Source: Takakia lepidozioides (lineage: Eukaryota; Plantae; Bryophyta). From it: a stretch of 64,000 nt of DNA. Below are positions 59,662 through 64,000 of the stretch, one piece after another (the first letter of the stretch is position 1; every line of letters begins with the position of its first letter). The notes under the pieces are model-generated. The model was not told the DNA's origin, searched no databases, and saw nothing but the letters and a program-made list of their open reading frames with translations. The DNA is taken from contig CM060733.1 in NCBI GenBank assembly GCA_030704615.1, positions 57,350,001 through 57,414,000 on the forward strand, given 5' to 3'. Position numbers and translations under genes: made by a program.

Positions 59662-61914
59662 TGCTTGTGTCACAAATAGCTAGGGCTGCTCTGAACCCAA
59701 ACGAATCCTTTTACTAACCCACCTTTCCTTTGTAAGCAGAAACCTACATGGGCCTGTCCGACTAGGCCTATGTTTTGTTCTACGCACCTACTACGTGAGC
59801 TGAGTGACAGCTGGCGGCCACCTCGCGGGCTAGGGCTGCTGCTTGCCTCTCATACTTTATTCCTCGAGACTGCAACAGTATCATTGTATGAGGAGCTTGC
59901 TTCAAGATCGGCCTTGTAAGTAGCAGGGGAGAATTCGTGTGCAGGGGGAAGCAAGTGACGATATGGATAGGATTCGCGATTGGCTTGTTGAGCACAAGTT
60001 GCGTGCTGTAGGTGAATTTTCAATCTTGCACACGCTTTCCTGTTTTCAGGTTGTCAGAGCGGTGGCATGATACTTGGTTCAATTTGTTTCATGAGAATTT
60101 CTCGGCTGCAGTTCGTCCACATCATACGTTTGATCCCTTACACTCACTTTGTAAATTCTTTCAGTAATTTCTGCCGTGTCTGGTACAGATGTGCTCTAAA
60201 CGGGAAGCTTCTTTTTTTTACTAGGGTGCTGATGTGCGGGAGGAAACTGGGGCAGGGACAATTTGGGCTACGTCGCTACTCGGATCTTTTGCTTATAACT
60301 TCTCCCAGCCTCACATGAAGACGAGTGTTAAACTTATCCATGCCCGGTACGCACCTCTCTCTGATGAGAACTCTAGATGTGGGTTCCTCTGGATATTGCC
60401 TGTAAGTCGCCCTATAGCTTTTAGCATTGTGTTATTCTAGACGAATGTGGCCGCTAAGTACGGCGGGTGGATTCATTGAGTCCAAATCTTGGCTACCGGA
60501 TACGGACATCAAGTATACCACTTCTTTGCGACCCGATCGTCGATATATCTTTTCCACCTAGCTCCTTTGGCTTGCAAAGGGAAGTATTTTTTTTTATCTT
60601 TCGTGGTCAGTTTGGATCTGAATGTTGAAAATTTTGGCTCCCGCTAGTTAGTGAAGAAGGAATCCAGGGGTGAATTCAGCAGGAGTAATCTTGCATCCCA
60701 TGATTGTTAGATTTGTAACTGCACAATAATTATGCAGCTGGATAAAGATCTGACTGCGTACAATTCTAAGGGGCCTGTGCTGTTTAGAGAAAAAGTGGGG
60801 AAAAACACTTTTACTCTCTTTTTATGGTCCCTAGGAGGTTTGATGGGATTTTACCTGTAGGGGTCCAAAATTGGAGGTGGAGGTGAGCACAAACTGCTGT
60901 ACACTCTGGTGTAAGCATGAATCTTGTCAAGGATAGCTTGATTTCTGTGGAACTGGTTTCATCCAGTAGGTTTTGTTGGGTTGAATCCATTATCACGCCA
61001 CTGGGTTACATGCTCAAGTTTGTACTAATAGATATTATTGGGTACTGCCAATAACTGTGAAGATTCTTTTGCACAGGCTCAAAGCCCAGCCACCCCCATA
61101 GCTGAGGGTGCTACCACATTGGCCGGTTTCAACCCCATCCTGGCAAAAGCATGTACCAGCTCCTGCTACCATGCTACTGCTGAAGAGTAGCCATGGGTTG
61201 CACCCAACTTGCTTGTGTGTCTCTTCCTCAGAATGGCTTCTTGCTGCAGCAACAACGCTGGACAGCTACTGGAACCTTTGTGCGGACTATACATCTTTTG
61301 TAACCCAGGCTTTTGGTCACATGAGAGTGGACTTTATGACGAGAGTGGTTCACTGATTACTACGGCTTTAGTGGCAGACATCACCACATGTGATGTTGGA
61401 GACATGCTAGAGTCATGGAAGGGATGATAGACTGATAGCAGCTGCTGCTCTGGCCCTGCAGAGCCTATCTCCTGTACATGCATCAGGTTGTTTGTGATGC
61501 TCTTGACAAGAAGTTGACTTCGACCTCTTCGTCTTCCATCATGTAACGTAGGTGATGCTTCTTGGGGATTGGTATTTTCCAGTGTGTGTAACCCTGCCAC
61601 CCCGCCCACAGGTCCTTGCCAGCATCCCTGACTCTTTGTTTGCTGCTGAGACGTGAACTAGCAGCACATGATACTTGTCATCGAGAGGCCATAGTTGCCT
61701 TTTTTCTTTGATTGCGTGGTACCTCTGTGGTCGCAATGCTTTGTACATCTCCACAGCGAGACAGAACCACTGATCCTCAAGGCCTTTTGAATTAATTCAC
61801 ACTCTACACGTTGTAGAGCAACTTGCTTGTAATGCTTGATAAATAGCTGTGTTGTCATATTTCTTACTAGGTTGTGAGACTAAAGGAAGGAGTCACAAAT
61901 GCTGGGCACTAAAT

Positions 61915-62026
61915 CTCTTCTTGGCCAGTAAGTCTCACTATTGGAACGAGCCCCTCACTAAGTGTCTGCTCCCTCTTGTTCCACCCAAACTGGCACAAGG
62001 CTACGGCAAACATCTTATGAGTACAC
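61915..62026 (+). mobile_element. Very short LINE 3'-end remnant
   Basis: GAGCCCCTCAC...CACAAGGCTACGGCAAACATCTTATGAGTACA matches the tails of the other copies. Confidence 0.55.
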
Positions 62027-64000
62027 TGTGATTTTCTCGCTTGGCCAGTTGGAAGTGCCTTTGAAGGACTCTGTCCTTTTGTGACACATTCTTAGAGTGT
62101 GAAATTCTTTGCCAGACGGCATCCAGCTGAGGCTGTGACCTCTAATCCATTAGGATATTGTTGATTTCAATTTCCAATACAAAAGATAATTGTATCATCA
62201 TGGTAATGTTCTGTATGGCTACATGCCTGAGCCTTTCATGTGCAAATGTTAGGTTACCCTGCTTTTGTTTCCGTATTTTAGCTATGTAATTGACCAGTGG
62301 GTACCTCAGGAAATGTTCAGTGTGCAAGAATCCCCTTTAGCCATCCTTCCAGCAATGTCTTCAAGCAGTTTAGTTCAAATGTTTACTTGTCAGAAACTCA
62401 GATTTATATAATGGTATGCAACCACGAAGTATAGTCGACGTTGAGTATAGTCTTATACGTGATCTACAGCCACGGTCATGCTGAGAAGTCATTGCGGAGT
62501 GTGGCAGCTTGTCACTGCTGCAGATGAAGCTGATGGTTAAGACTTTGTAATTGACAACACAATGTTAATGAGTTGCCTAGTTTAGGGTTTAACTCGGACT
62601 GGTGCAATATCTGGTCAAGTTACTATATGGAGTTGGAACGTGCAAACGATTCATGTTTAAGGATAGATATGTGTTCTGTAGGGTAGCAGTAGGAGAATCA
62701 AAGTCCTGTCCTTCAGTCCCTTATGGCTGAGAAGACTGAAAGTGCAGAGGCCAATTTTGGCTTGTGCAGAGCAGTCACGGGATCAATTTGCGAGTCTGCC
62801 CTGAATCTCATAACAACTGATTATTCCCTGCTGTGTGAAATGCCTCATATTGCTTGATAGTATGATTTCGCAGTCTACTGAGCTGTTGGTGGGTGGTTCA
62901 TGCTGGTTCTGATGGTTGTGCTGGAGTGTGGCTGCGCCTAGTCCAATTTCATATTTGAATTTAAGAGTTTGGGAAACAGTAGATTTGACTACTAGGTTCT
63001 GCTGTAAGGGTGTCCTCACACATGAGACATTATATTAGGGTGTTAGGTGTAGTGGGCAGATTCCTGGAAGCACAACTCATGCTGGCTGGTACAAGCTCAG
63101 ATCAATACCAATTAACAGCTTGCTTCCAAACAAGGACTTTTTGCAGAATTTCCACCATGTGGCCCAGACCTCGTCCCACTCACACATGAATTTGTGTTGT
63201 GGAAAGCTTGAGTGGACTGGTATCAAACTTTGGTAGAAGTGCAATTCAATCAACCTTTTTAAGACTCCACAATGTGACCCCTAGAATTAAGTGTCTCAAT
63301 CTTGTGGAGGATGTGGAGGATGTGGCACGTGCCACTTTCTGGAGAGCAAGTCTTTACCATGGTATTAACTAGTTCTGTGCCATCTATGCTTGTGAAATTG
63401 CCTGGATCAGGCTCCATGCGCAAGCTTTGACACTGGCAGCCCTGGCTGGAGCTGCAGTTGTGGAGTATTACGAGCATCAAAGTGGAGACAAGGCCAAGCG
63501 GTATGAGAAGCACATTCAATAAAACTTGTGTTAAACATCCAATGTTTAATAGAGGCTTTGGACCCGAAGAAGATGTGTGGCCAATTATAAGGTGCATGTG
63601 GTCATTTGTGTCGAAAGTGTGGGTGAGGGGAACTATCACCATGCTCAACACCCATGATTAAATACATCAGTATCATGTTATTGCTTTTGTTTGGCATAGA
63701 ATGCCATCAGTTTTATTGGAGCAAAAGTTGTAGTTTCATCACAAGTGCCAAAGTGGGTTTCCTTTTCTTTCTACTCATAAAAGCACATCAGATGTGACAG
63801 TCTATCTGGTTTGTATATGACCAGTAATAAACATAGCAAGTTTAACACACATAACAAGGTTCTTGACGAATCTACCAAAAAACAAGCTTACTGATAATAG
63901 CAAAATGAGAAGATAGCAGCATAACAACGAAAGTAAAGTTAGAACTACTACTGATATTCCCATGATTTTGAAACCCGCATTCAAAATAGAAGTCCACCTG

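Noticed and set aside
59700-64000. Short ORFs and splice-like signals, possibly the 5' region of a further gene
   Set aside because: No recognisable protein motif or consistent exon chain could be built.

Overview
Intron-rich nuclear DNA of a land plant, most likely a seed-free plant that does organellar RNA editing (inference from gene content; species not identifiable). Host genes: the 5' half of a SPIRRIG-like BEACH gene (-, 1-14.3 kb), a PLS-class PPR-E-DYW editing factor (+, 15.8-19.5 kb), MPH1 (-, 47.3-50.2 kb) and PYM (+, 51.3-52.6 kb). Three things stand out. (1) The PPR-DYW gene has spliced 5' exons encoding OSB-type 'PDF' ssDNA-binding motifs fused in frame to the PPR array. (2) Directly downstream lie two head-to-tail elements (~21075-29925 and ~29926-42111) with Helentron/Helitron2-like termini. 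They are filled almost entirely with scrambled, intron-containing fragments of PDF-PPR-DYW paralogues, and a third fragment cluster lies at 55.9-58.8 kb. (3) Nested in the second element is a decayed Ty3/gypsy element whose pol carries a C5 DNA cytosine methyltransferase and an integrase-linked PHD finger. Truncated LINE ends, tRNA-like SINEs and hAT MITEs with 8-bp TSDs are also present. Part of the BEACH gene (~1-2.7 kb) looks like low-quality consensus. No gene could be supported in 42.2-46.6 kb or 59.7-64 kb. All translations and alignments outside the ORF track were done by eye.
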